Positions 27,603 to 36,843 of a stretch of 54,118 nt of DNA are shown here, piece after piece. The stretch is from a virus. Lineage: Duplodnaviria > Caudoviricetes. Both the position numbers and the translations under genes were made by a program. The stretch's first letter is position 1; every line of letters begins with the position of its first letter. The notes under the pieces were generated by a model, which saw only the letters and a list, made by a program, of their open reading frames with translations, was not told the DNA's origin and did not search any database. Location: positions 1-54,118 of the IMG/VR virus record IMGVR_UViG_3300046170_000018; one strand, written 5' to 3'.

Positions 27603-28082
27603 ATGATAGCTGAGACTTTAGCAGGCATTGCACTCGTGAAGAGTGCCGTAGACGGTATCAAGGGTGCTATAGGTACAGCCAAAGATATCAGTGAAATTGC
27701 TGGGCATATAGATAATCTCTTTGAGGGCGAGAAACAAGTACAACAAAAACGTGCTAAGAAATCTGGTACTGGCTTAACAGATCAGTTCGGTATTCAGAGT
27801 GTAGCACAGGAAATGATTGACGCTAAAGTAGCACAAGAGAAAATGCAAGAAATTGCTATGATGGTGAATTTACGTTTCGGTCCTGATACATGGAAGAGTA
27901 TCGTAGATGAAAGAGCTAGGAGAATACAAGAAGCCAAAGAAAGGGCAGCAAAAGCTAGAAGAGAAGCCCAGCTTGCACATGAAGAAATGATAGACAATAT
28001 AAAGATGACAGGGCTAGTTAGTGCAGTAATTGCCGTAGCATTAGGTTTAGTATTCTTAGCCTTTGTATTTTTACCTAAATAA
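27603..28082 (+). CDS. Coiled-coil protein with C-terminal transmembrane helix
   Basis: 159 aa. C-terminal LVSAVIAVALGLVFLAFVFL. Confidence 0.75.
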   Translation: MIAETLAGIALVKSAVDGIKGAIGTAKDISEIAGHIDNLFEGEKQVQQKRAKKSGTGLTDQFGIQSVAQEMIDAKVAQEKMQEIAMMVNLRFGPDTWKSIVDERARRIQEAKERAAKARREAQLAHEEMIDNIKMTGLVSAVIAVALGLVFLAFVFLPK

Positions 28083-28085
28083 TAC

Positions 28086-28114
28086 TTGACAAAGCAAAAT
28101 AGAAGTGGTATAAC
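28086..28114 (+). promoter_or_regulatory. Sigma70-type promoter upstream of the lysis/packaging block
   Basis: TTGACA-17 nt-TATAAC(T), with an extended TG. Confidence 0.75.
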
Positions 28115-28120
28115 TTATCT

Positions 28121-28372
28121 ATGTCTACACGCAAACCTTCACAACAAAGTTTATCTAACTGGACTAGGCAGGACTGGAGAACTAAGAGTGGCAAACCCTC
28201 CAAACAAACAGGAGAGCGTTATCTTCCGGCATCAGCGATTAAAGCCTTATCGCCTTCGGAATACGCCGCTACCACCGCCGCTAAAAGAAAAGGAACTGCT
28301 GCTGGTAAGCAGTTCGTCAAGCAACCTAAAAGTATACAAAAGAAAACTGCCAAGTTCAGACGAGGAGCCTAA
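28121..28372 (+). CDS. Basic protein resembling the C-terminal half of DUF5872-type proteins; probably leaderless
   Basis: SLSNWTRQDWRTKSG...ERYLP...LS...KRKG...GKQFV. No SD sequence. ATG is 7 nt after the -10 box. Confidence 0.75.
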   Translation: MSTRKPSQQSLSNWTRQDWRTKSGKPSKQTGERYLPASAIKALSPSEYAATTAAKRKGTAAGKQFVKQPKSIQKKTAKFRRGA

Positions 28373-28755
28373 TGCTTAACTTACTCATAGGACCAATTGC
28401 AGAAATTGCTGGCACATGGATGTCAGGTAAGGTTGAGCAGACCAAAGCCAAAGCACAAACTAAAGTAGCAATGGCTCAAGCTGAAGCTGTAGTAATGCAG
28501 AAGAAAGCTACTGGTGAAATTGACTGGGACTTAGAAATGGCTAAAGGATCAGCTAACTCGTGGAAAGATGAGTGGCTGACTATTTTATTTAGTATACCGC
28601 TTATTTTAGCATTTGTGCCGGGTATGGAAGATGTGGTAGCAAATGGGTTTGCAAGACTTAACGAAATGCCTGAGTGGTATCAGTACAGTCTTGGTGTTAT
28701 TGTAGCAGCGAGTTTTGGTGTACGTAGTGCTACTAAATTTTTCGGTAAAAGATAA
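28372..28755 (+). CDS. Putative holin (3TM type)
   Basis: SWKDEW motif, hydrophobic helices, FG.R...K tail. Lies upstream of the lysozyme. Confidence 0.65.
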   Translation: MLNLLIGPIAEIAGTWMSGKVEQTKAKAQTKVAMAQAEAVVMQKKATGEIDWDLEMAKGSANSWKDEWLTILFSIPLILAFVPGMEDVVANGFARLNEMPEWYQYSLGVIVAASFGVRSATKFFGKR

Positions 28756-28994
28756 TGGCAGCAGAAAAGATACTTGAATGGAAACTACTACCCAGATTTA
28801 TGATGCTCGTAATGACGCTAATGAGTTGGCGTGTAGTCGAATGGTTCATGTCCTTACCCGATCCCAGTGCAGCACAGGCTGGTTTAGTATCTGTGGTAAC
28901 TGGCGCAATGACAGGAGCGTTTGCCGTGTGGATGAACCACGAAGGTAAACATCCGGGTCAGTCTAATCACAAAATTTCTGAGTCACGAAAGTGA
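28755..28994 (+). CDS. Two-TM membrane protein (holin/antiholin-like)
   Basis: LLPR followed by two hydrophobic segments. Confidence 0.6.
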   Translation: MAAEKILEWKLLPRFMMLVMTLMSWRVVEWFMSLPDPSAAQAGLVSVVTGAMTGAFAVWMNHEGKHPGQSNHKISESRK

Positions 28995-29581
28995 AAAGCC
29001 CCTGTAAGGGAATATGCGTACTAGATAATGAACGTATTAGATGTATTGGTTGTGGTAGAACCATAGAACAAATTACTAACTGGGGCAAAAATAAAATGAA
29101 GTATCGCAGAGAAAACTTTATTGAAAAACTCATTGCGCATGAGGGTTTAGTACTTAATGTATATAAAGATACGCTAGGCATTGATACCATTGGTATCGGA
29201 CGTAATCTAGAAGACCGTGGCATTAGCCAACAGGAATTAGACGATTTAGACATTCCTACTATTGACCATGTATATGAATATGGTATCACAGAAGCTGATG
29301 CAGTCTATCTAGCAACAAATGACGTACAAATTGTCGAGGATGAACTGGTTCGTGCGCACCCTTGCGTAGACAGATTAGACAGTGTACGTCAGCTTATACT
29401 TATGGATATGGCTTTCAACATGGGTGTACCTCGTCTGTGCAAGTTCGTTAAGATGTGGAACGCTATTCATGAAGAAGATTTCGCTACTGCAGCAAAAGAA
29501 ATGCTTGACAGCAGGTGGGCAAATCAGGTAAAATCAAGAAGTACAAAATTAGCAAACGCTATGCATAACGGTGAATTTTAA
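28991..29581 (+). CDS. GH24 (T4-type) lysozyme/endolysin, preceded in frame by a DUF1289-like Cys-rich segment; alternative start at 29096
   Basis: HEG...YKDTLG..TIGIG catalytic E-D-T triad. MAFNMG and EMLDSRWA motifs. Confidence 0.9.
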   Translation: MKSPCKGICVLDNERIRCIGCGRTIEQITNWGKNKMKYRRENFIEKLIAHEGLVLNVYKDTLGIDTIGIGRNLEDRGISQQELDDLDIPTIDHVYEYGITEADAVYLATNDVQIVEDELVRAHPCVDRLDSVRQLILMDMAFNMGVPRLCKFVKMWNAIHEEDFATAAKEMLDSRWANQVKSRSTKLANAMHNGEF

Positions 29582-29582
29582 T

Positions 29583-29957
29583 ATGACACGACAACTTACA
29601 GACAAACAACAGACACTACTCAACGTCCTCTTTGAACAAGCTGGCGGTGATTTGGTGCAAGCAAAGAAACTGGCAGGATATGCTGACACTTCTAGTACTT
29701 CAGAAATTGTTAAAGGTCTTAAAGAAGAGATACTTGAGGCTACTCAAATGTACATGGCACGTAATGCGCCGAAAGCTGCGATGGCTATGGTAGGTGGATT
29801 GCATGATCCAACTGAACTAGGTATACGTGATAAGATGGCTGCAGCAAAAGAACTACTTGATCGTACAGGTTTAGTTAAGACTGAGAAAATGCAGGTAGAA
29901 GCATCAGGGGGTGTCATGCTTATGCCACCTAAAGCTGTTGTGGAAGACGATGACTAG
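29583..29957 (+). CDS. Putative terminase small subunit
   Basis: LTDKQ...A...AGY HTH-like start, AAKELLDRTG motif, located upstream of TerL. Confidence 0.6.
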   Translation: MTRQLTDKQQTLLNVLFEQAGGDLVQAKKLAGYADTSSTSEIVKGLKEEILEATQMYMARNAPKAAMAMVGGLHDPTELGIRDKMAAAKELLDRTGLVKTEKMQVEASGGVMLMPPKAVVEDDD

Positions 29958-30351
29958 AAGCATAGGCAAGTGGAAACTACCGCAGCCAACAGACATTAAA
30001 GAAGAAAACGAATGGGTAGCTATCCCACGTATTGCACGTACAGTACCCTTCGGATACGAACAGGATGATGAAGACCCTGACATTCTTCAACCTATCCAAA
30101 TTGAATTGGACTTGTTAGAGAAGGCTAGATCACACGTAAATCAGTACAGCTATCGTGAGGTAGCCAACTGGTTGAGTACACAGACTGGCAGATACATCTC
30201 GCACGTAGGTTTAAGGAAACGGTTAGCAAATGAGCGAAGACGTAAGAATCAAGCTACAAGCATCCGCAAGTGGGCAGAATATGCGGAAAAGGCAATCGCC
30301 AAAGCGAAAGCCCTTGAAGAAGAAAGAACAGGCTCCAGAGCCAACAGTTGA
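29950..30351 (+). CDS. Putative DNA-binding protein (PFGY plus HTH)
   Basis: VPFGY...SYREVANWL...GRYISHVGL. Confidence 0.6.
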   Translation: MTRSIGKWKLPQPTDIKEENEWVAIPRIARTVPFGYEQDDEDPDILQPIQIELDLLEKARSHVNQYSYREVANWLSTQTGRYISHVGLRKRLANERRRKNQATSIRKWAEYAEKAIAKAKALEEERTGSRANS

Positions 30352-31789
30352 AATAAAACCTGTAGAGTATGAAACACAGGCTATTGAAGAAACACAGAAC
30401 GTACTCTTTAAACCTAATCCCGGCCCACAGACAGATTTCTTGGCAGCGGCAGAACGAGAGGTGTTGTATGGTGGAAGTGCTGGCGGTGGTAAATCCTATG
30501 CTATGCTCTCTGATCCATTACGTTACATGGGGCATCCCGCATTTAGTGGGTTGCTTTTACGACACACGACAGAAGAGTTAAGAGAGCTTGTATTCAAGTC
30601 GCAGGAGTTGTATCCAAAAATCTGGCCCGGTATTAAATGGTCAGAAAGAAAAATGCAGTGGACTGCACCATCTGGCGCAAGGTTGTGGATGTCTTATCTT
30701 GACAGAGATGATGATGTCTTGCGTTATCAGGGTCTAGCGTTTAGCTGGATAGGTTTTGACGAACTTACACAATGGGCCACACCATACGCATGGAACTACA
30801 TGCGAAGTCGTCTTAGGTCCACTGCACCTGACTTGCCAATTTATATGAGGGCTACGACCAACCCCGGCGGTAGAGGTCATCATTGGGTTAAGAAAATGTT
30901 TATTGACCCTGCGCCTTATAACAGAGCCTACGATGCAACCGATATTGAAACAGGAGAAGTTCTTAAATACCCAGCAGGACACGCAAAGGCTGGAAGACCT
31001 TTATACAAAAGAAGATTTATACCCGCAAGACTTTCTGATAATCCATACCTTGCGGAGTCAGGTGACTACGAAGCAATGCTACTCTCCATGCCAGAGCAGC
31101 AAAGAAGACAACTCCTTGACGGAGACTGGGATATTAAAGAAGGTGCGGCTTTTACAGAGTTTGATCGTAACCTTCATGTTATTGAGCCTTTCGATATTCC
31201 TAGTAACTGGGTTAAGTTTAGGGCTTGTGATTATGGTTACGGCAGTAAGTCTGGTGTTGTCTGGTTTGCTGTTGCACCTGATGAACAGCTTATTGTATAT
31301 AGAGAACTCTACGTATCTAAAGTCCTTGCCACAGATTTGGCAGATATGATCCTTGACTTAGAAGCTGGTGACGGGACTATTAAGTATGGTGTTTTAGATA
31401 GCTCTCTGTGGCATAAGCGTGGTGATACTGGCCCTTCTCTTGCGGAGCAAATGATAAGTAAAGGATGTCGCTGGAGACCATCGGATAGAAGCAGAGGTAG
31501 TCGTGTAGCGGGTAAAAACGAAATACACAGACGTTTACAGATAGACGAATTTACGGAGGAACCTAGACTTGTTTTCTTTAATAACTGCACAAACATCGTT
31601 GCCCAGCTACCGTCCATTCCTATTGACAAGAAAAATCCAGAAGATATTGATACAAATTCGGAAGATCACTTGTACGATGCGTTAAGGTATGGTATAATGT
31701 CTAGACCAAAGTTTAGTGTGTTTGACTATGACCCTATGGGTAGACCCGGCGGCGGCATGAGAGTAGCAGACGCAACCTTTGGATACTAA
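30230..31789 (+). CDS. terL: Terminase large subunit (start uncertain)
   Basis: Walker A GGSAGGGKS, Walker B FDE, ATTNPG, nuclease CDYG and EDHLYDALRY motifs. Confidence 0.95.
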   Translation: MSEDVRIKLQASASGQNMRKRQSPKRKPLKKKEQAPEPTVEIKPVEYETQAIEETQNVLFKPNPGPQTDFLAAAEREVLYGGSAGGGKSYAMLSDPLRYMGHPAFSGLLLRHTTEELRELVFKSQELYPKIWPGIKWSERKMQWTAPSGARLWMSYLDRDDDVLRYQGLAFSWIGFDELTQWATPYAWNYMRSRLRSTAPDLPIYMRATTNPGGRGHHWVKKMFIDPAPYNRAYDATDIETGEVLKYPAGHAKAGRPLYKRRFIPARLSDNPYLAESGDYEAMLLSMPEQQRRQLLDGDWDIKEGAAFTEFDRNLHVIEPFDIPSNWVKFRACDYGYGSKSGVVWFAVAPDEQLIVYRELYVSKVLATDLADMILDLEAGDGTIKYGVLDSSLWHKRGDTGPSLAEQMISKGCRWRPSDRSRGSRVAGKNEIHRRLQIDEFTEEPRLVFFNNCTNIVAQLPSIPIDKKNPEDIDTNSEDHLYDALRYGIMSRPKFSVFDYDPMGRPGGGMRVADATFGY

Positions 31790-31800
31790 GGAAAAGCAAT

Positions 31801-33951
31801 ATGAATGAAGATGAAATTATGATTGAAGATGATGCTATCGCACTAGAAGACAGTGACGATACATCTGTTTCTGATGTAGACATAAGCAAGATTATACCAT
31901 TTATTATGGGACGCTATAAGCGATCCGAAGATTATAGGTATCAGGACGAAGATCGTTGGCTAAAAGCCTACCGCAATTACCGTGGTTTGTACGGACCTGA
32001 TGTTCAATTTACAGAATCAGAAAAGTCCCGTGTCTTTATTAAAGTCACAAAAACTAAAACGCTGGCAGCATATGGGCAGATTGTAGATGTTCTGTTTGCT
32101 AACCAGCGTTTTCCTTTATCTGTTGAGCCTACTGAATTACCAGAAGGTGTAGTAGAAGATGTACACTTTGATCCTAATGAGCCAGATCAGTTACGTAAAA
32201 ATGCTAGCGAACTAAGCCCTTATGGGTTTGCTGGGGATGGCAATGACCTACCAGCAGGTGCTACAGCAACAAGCCTACAAGATAAGCTTGGTGTTATGGA
32301 AAACAAACTAGACCCTATTAATGACAAAGTAAAAGAGGGTCCGGGTAAAACACCTACAGCAATCACTTTTAGCCCCGCTATGATTGCAGCTAAAAAGATG
32401 CAGAAAAAAATACATGACCAATTAGAAGAGTCAGGCGCATCTAAACATTTACGCAATGCTGCATTTGAGATGTCACTATTTGGTACGGGCGTAATGAAAG
32501 GCCCATTCGCTATTGATAAAGAGTATCCTAGCTGGAATGATGAGGGTGAATACGATCCAGCCTTTAAAACCGTACCACAAGTAAACCATGTATCTGTTTG
32601 GAACTTTTACCCAGACCCAGATGCAAACAACATGGATGAGGCGCAGTTTGTAATTGAACGACATAAGATGTCACGTACCCAATTACGCAATTTAAAGAAA
32701 CGTCCATACTTCCGTGGTGAAGTTATCAATGAAGTTATTTCAATGGGCGAAAACTATACTAAAAAATACTGGGAAGATGATCTAACTGACTATGCACCAG
32801 AGCATGGCATTGATCGTTTTGAAGTACTTGAGTATTGGGGCATGGTAGATGTTGAGTTGCTAGAAGAGCAAGGCGTAGACATTCCAAAAGAACTGAATGA
32901 CTTTGATGAACTGCAAGCTAACGTGTGGGTCTGCAATAACCGTCTGCTTCGCATGGTTCTTAACCCATTTAAGCCTGCTAAAATTCCATACCATGCTGCG
33001 CCATATGAGCTAAACCCATACTCATTCTTTGGTGTAGGTATTGCTGAGAACATGGATGATACACAGACATTGATGAATGGCTTTATGCGTATGGCTGTAG
33101 ACAATGCTGTACTGTCAGGTAACTTGATTGTAGAAGTAGATGAAACAAACTTAGTACCCGGTCAAGACTTGTCACTATATCCGGGCAAGGTATTCCGTAG
33201 GCAGGGTGGCGCACCGGGTCAGGCAATCTTCGGTACAAAGTTTCCTAACGTATCCAGCGAGAACATGATGCTGTTTGATAAGGCACGTGTACTAGCAGAT
33301 GAAAGTACAGGCTTTCCATCATTTGCTCATGGGCAGACAGGTGTGTCTGGTGTAGGTCGCACTGCATCTGGTATCTCAATGCTTATGGGTGCTGCACAGG
33401 GAAGCACTAAAACAATCATTAAAAACGTAGACGACTATCTGCTGCGTCCTCTTGGTGAGGGCTTCTTCCGTTTTAACATGCAGTTTGATTTTGATAAAGA
33501 AATCAAAGGAGACCTAGAAGTTAAGGCACGTGGTACTGAAAGCCTCATGGCTAATGAAGTACGCAGTCAGCGTTTGATGCAGTTCTTGCAGATTGCAAGC
33601 AGCCCAGCATTAGCACCCTTTGCTAAGTTCCAATATGTAATCCGTGAGATTGCAAAGTCAATGGACTTAGACCCCGATAAAGTTACCAACAATATGGATG
33701 AAGCCGCTTTACAGGCAGAGATTATGAAAGGGTTTCAGCAAGAAGCTCCGCAAGGGGGCATAGGAGCCTCACCAGCGGGTGCTGATGCAATGGACCCTAC
33801 AGGTGCTGGCGGCGGCTCAATAGGCGTAGGACAGGCTCCTGTGCCGGGTGAACAAGGATTTAGTGCAAATGGACAAGGACAACAGCCGGGAACTCCTCAG
33901 CAAGCTCAAGCCGCTGGTGGGCAACAACCGCCAATGGGACCACTTCAGTAA
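31801..33951 (+). CDS. Portal protein
   Basis: 716 aa after TerL. FGTG, FYPDP, FFGVG and RTASGISML motifs, Q/G/P-rich tail. Confidence 0.88.
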   Translation: MNEDEIMIEDDAIALEDSDDTSVSDVDISKIIPFIMGRYKRSEDYRYQDEDRWLKAYRNYRGLYGPDVQFTESEKSRVFIKVTKTKTLAAYGQIVDVLFANQRFPLSVEPTELPEGVVEDVHFDPNEPDQLRKNASELSPYGFAGDGNDLPAGATATSLQDKLGVMENKLDPINDKVKEGPGKTPTAITFSPAMIAAKKMQKKIHDQLEESGASKHLRNAAFEMSLFGTGVMKGPFAIDKEYPSWNDEGEYDPAFKTVPQVNHVSVWNFYPDPDANNMDEAQFVIERHKMSRTQLRNLKKRPYFRGEVINEVISMGENYTKKYWEDDLTDYAPEHGIDRFEVLEYWGMVDVELLEEQGVDIPKELNDFDELQANVWVCNNRLLRMVLNPFKPAKIPYHAAPYELNPYSFFGVGIAENMDDTQTLMNGFMRMAVDNAVLSGNLIVEVDETNLVPGQDLSLYPGKVFRRQGGAPGQAIFGTKFPNVSSENMMLFDKARVLADESTGFPSFAHGQTGVSGVGRTASGISMLMGAAQGSTKTIIKNVDDYLLRPLGEGFFRFNMQFDFDKEIKGDLEVKARGTESLMANEVRSQRLMQFLQIASSPALAPFAKFQYVIREIAKSMDLDPDKVTNNMDEAALQAEIMKGFQQEAPQGGIGASPAGADAMDPTGAGGGSIGVGQAPVPGEQGFSANGQGQQPGTPQQAQAAGGQQPPMGPLQ

Positions 33952-34096
33952 GTATTTGGATAACATGGTAGACCAGCATCATAAGGTGCTAGAACAATCA
34001 GAGAATATGGTAACAGTACACAAAGCACAGGGTGCTATAGACGTGCTACGTAAAATTAAACGGTTACGTGAGGACGTAGCTAACGCTGAGGGATAA
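33869..34096 (+). CDS. Small conserved protein downstream of the portal
   Basis: AAGGA RBS. AQG...L...LR motif. Confidence 0.7.
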   Translation: MDKDNSRELLSKLKPLVGNNRQWDHFSKYLDNMVDQHHKVLEQSENMVTVHKAQGAIDVLRKIKRLREDVANAEG

Positions 34097-34100
34097 CACT

Positions 34101-35840
34101 ATGAAAAGCATGGCTAAACAAATGGATATGTTTGAAGAAGGCGGTCTTATGGATGAGGGTGGCACTGTTGACCCTGTATCTGGTAATGACGTACCGCCGG
34201 GTTCTACTAAAAAAGAAGTTCGTGATGACATTCCTGCCCAACTAAGTGAGGGTGAATTTGTTTTTCCTGCAGACGTAGTGCGTTATTTTGGATTAGAAAA
34301 ACTTATGGAAATGCGCCAAGAAGCCAAGATGGGCTTGAAGCGTATGGAAGATATGGGTCAAATGGGTAATAGTGAAGAGGCTACTCTTCCTGATGATATA
34401 CCTTTTTCTGTAGAAGACCTTGACATAGAAGATGAAGACGAGTATAATACTCCTCAAGAGTTTAATGTTGGTGGTATAGTTCAAATGCCGGGTACTAACT
34501 ACACAACAACACCTAACCCCGGACCAACTACAGGATTTAGACCCTATGTAGCACCACCAGTGCCGGGTTATACACCGCCGCCAATTCAAGCTGGACCACA
34601 GTATCGAGAGGTACAACTTCCGGGTACTCGATTTATAGGGGCAACAGAAAGAACTAATATACCTACATTTACAGAGACTGTAGGAGTTAATCCCGGTCAG
34701 TATGATGAGTTTAGAACTTATGTAAATAGTTCAGGGCAAACTTTACGAATACCTTTTAAGAATGGTCAACCTCTTTATCCTATTCCTGAAGGATATAGGT
34801 TAAAAAGAGAAGATGACGTAACAACAGAATCTACCATTCCTACAACTACTGTAGGAAAAGATGAAGATGACACAAGTGGTGATGGTGATAGCGGTGGACT
34901 TTCTAGTACAGTAGAAACAACAACATCATTAGGAACGCAAACAGCGACAGACAAAGAACACGAAGAAGCGTTTGGTGGAAATGTTAATGCTATAAGTCAT
35001 GCTGGATATAGTGCGGCGGCTAGAGAATTAGGTTTAAGTCAATTAGGTTCGACAGGTATAGGTTCTATAGGTAATCCAATGCAAGGAATGATGCAACAAA
35101 TGGCTGGTGCTTTTGCTAATACAGATATAGGCAAGTCTTTAGGTGTCCCAGACATAGGACTTGGTGCTTTAAATGATAAGGCAACAGCAATGAACCAAGC
35201 TCGTAATAGTGCATTGAATTCTTTAGGGTTGGCTAATATGTCACAAGTAAAAACAACTGCTCAGTATGATACTATAGCAGCAGCTATGAATGCAGCCAGT
35301 AAAGGTACGTCTGTATCACAAGCGATTGCAGGGCATCCAGAAGCAATTAAAGCTGGACAAGTTGCAGCAATGACAGATATAGGATATGCTGCTATTGACA
35401 TTGATAATCCTGCGGCAGTAACTACTGCTATGGATTACTATGATAAGGCAATAGAAATGACACAATCAGAAATTAATGATATAGAAAAAGATTACGGCAG
35501 AGTAACAAGCACTGAAATAGATAAAGACACGGGTAAACTAAAAGACATAAGTACAGATAAAGGGAAGGTTAAAACCGATGCCGCTTTGCAAAGGGAAAAA
35601 GAATTAGAAAAACAATTAGAAAGAGAAAAGGCTAAAAGAAGTACTTTAGCGGCTAAAGCAGTAAAAGATGAAACTAATAGGGCAAAAGAAGACGTGGCTA
35701 AAACTGCAGTAGAGCAAGCAATAGCCATGGACCGTGGTTATTCTGGTCCCGGTGGGTACGGTCCTTCTGGCGGCGGTGCAAGTGAAGATGCTGGCGGTGT
35801 AGAGGGTTCTGTAGGCGATGGCTACGGCGGTGGCGATTAA
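34101..35840 (+). CDS. Virion-associated protein with N-terminal DDIPAQLSEGEFV domain
   Basis: 579 aa between portal and scaffold. FxxGG motifs, Gly-rich tail. Confidence 0.65.
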   Translation: MKSMAKQMDMFEEGGLMDEGGTVDPVSGNDVPPGSTKKEVRDDIPAQLSEGEFVFPADVVRYFGLEKLMEMRQEAKMGLKRMEDMGQMGNSEEATLPDDIPFSVEDLDIEDEDEYNTPQEFNVGGIVQMPGTNYTTTPNPGPTTGFRPYVAPPVPGYTPPPIQAGPQYREVQLPGTRFIGATERTNIPTFTETVGVNPGQYDEFRTYVNSSGQTLRIPFKNGQPLYPIPEGYRLKREDDVTTESTIPTTTVGKDEDDTSGDGDSGGLSSTVETTTSLGTQTATDKEHEEAFGGNVNAISHAGYSAAARELGLSQLGSTGIGSIGNPMQGMMQQMAGAFANTDIGKSLGVPDIGLGALNDKATAMNQARNSALNSLGLANMSQVKTTAQYDTIAAAMNAASKGTSVSQAIAGHPEAIKAGQVAAMTDIGYAAIDIDNPAAVTTAMDYYDKAIEMTQSEINDIEKDYGRVTSTEIDKDTGKLKDISTDKGKVKTDAALQREKELEKQLEREKAKRSTLAAKAVKDETNRAKEDVAKTAVEQAIAMDRGYSGPGGYGPSGGGASEDAGGVEGSVGDGYGGGD

Positions 35841-35940
35841 AAAGCTGCGTAAGAGGCTTAATTAAATCTTACAATTAGTTGGCTACTCACTCCCCACGCC
35901 CGACAGTGTGGCTACAGTGGCCCCAACAAAAGGAAATATA

Positions 35941-36807
35941 ATGAACGATACAATTATGGCAGAAGAAATGCAAGCACCAAAGAAAGTTGCATTTGCTAAT
36001 CGTAAATACACTAACGAAGAAAAACGCAAGATTGAAGAAGAAGAACTAGAACAACTAATAAAAGAACAAAAGAGTGAGGCAGAAACTGCTGCGCCTGAAG
36101 AAGCAGAGCCTACATCCGCTGAAGAGAAGACATTTAAGAAGCGTTACTCTGATCTGCGCCGACACCAGCAAAAGCAAGCTGAAGAGTTTAAGACTGAACT
36201 AGATGCAATGAAAAAGCAGCTAGAGCAGGCCACTAAGAAAGAAATGAAACTGCCTAAGTCTGATGAAGACATTGAGCAGTGGGCAGCAGACTACCCAGAT
36301 GTAGCAGCTATCGTTGAAACAATCGCAATGAAGAAGGCACGTGAACAGTCCAGTGCTTTAGAAGAGCGTGTAAAATTCATTGATGAGATGCAGCTTAATG
36401 CTACTAAAGAAAAAGCTGAAGCAGCATTGATGCAGATACATCCTGACTTTGATGAGATTAGAGACAGTGATGATTTCCACAACTGGGCAGAAGAACAGCC
36501 TAAGTGGGTACAGGACGCATTGTATGATAATGACAATGATGCACGTTCTGCAGCACGAGCAATTGATTTGTATAAAGCTGACATGGGTATTTCTAATAAG
36601 AAACCTAAGTCAGATAAAGATGCAGCTAAGTCTGTGTCTACAAAGAACTCACGCAGTAAGCCACAGAATAATGAGGCTTCTGGGTATCTAAAAGAGTCCG
36701 AAGTACAGAAGATGTCACCTCAACAGTATGAGAAGATGTCTGATGAGATTATGGATGCTATCCGTAGTGGTAAGTTTATCTATGATGTTTCTGGTTCTGC
36801 TAGATAA
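35941..36807 (+). CDS. Capsid scaffolding protein
   Basis: Acidic coiled coil. FKKRYSDLRRH and HPDF motifs. Directly upstream of the major capsid gene. AAGGA RBS before 35941. Confidence 0.75.
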   Translation: MNDTIMAEEMQAPKKVAFANRKYTNEEKRKIEEEELEQLIKEQKSEAETAAPEEAEPTSAEEKTFKKRYSDLRRHQQKQAEEFKTELDAMKKQLEQATKKEMKLPKSDEDIEQWAADYPDVAAIVETIAMKKAREQSSALEERVKFIDEMQLNATKEKAEAALMQIHPDFDEIRDSDDFHNWAEEQPKWVQDALYDNDNDARSAARAIDLYKADMGISNKKPKSDKDAAKSVSTKNSRSKPQNNEASGYLKESEVQKMSPQQYEKMSDEIMDAIRSGKFIYDVSGSAR

Positions 36808-36814
36808 AAAAGAG

Positions 36815-36843
36815 TTGACAAGTAGTTATTTTTAAGTATAACT
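36815..36843 (+). promoter_or_regulatory. Sigma70-type promoter upstream of the major capsid gene
   Basis: TTGACA-16 nt-TATAACT. Confidence 0.6.
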
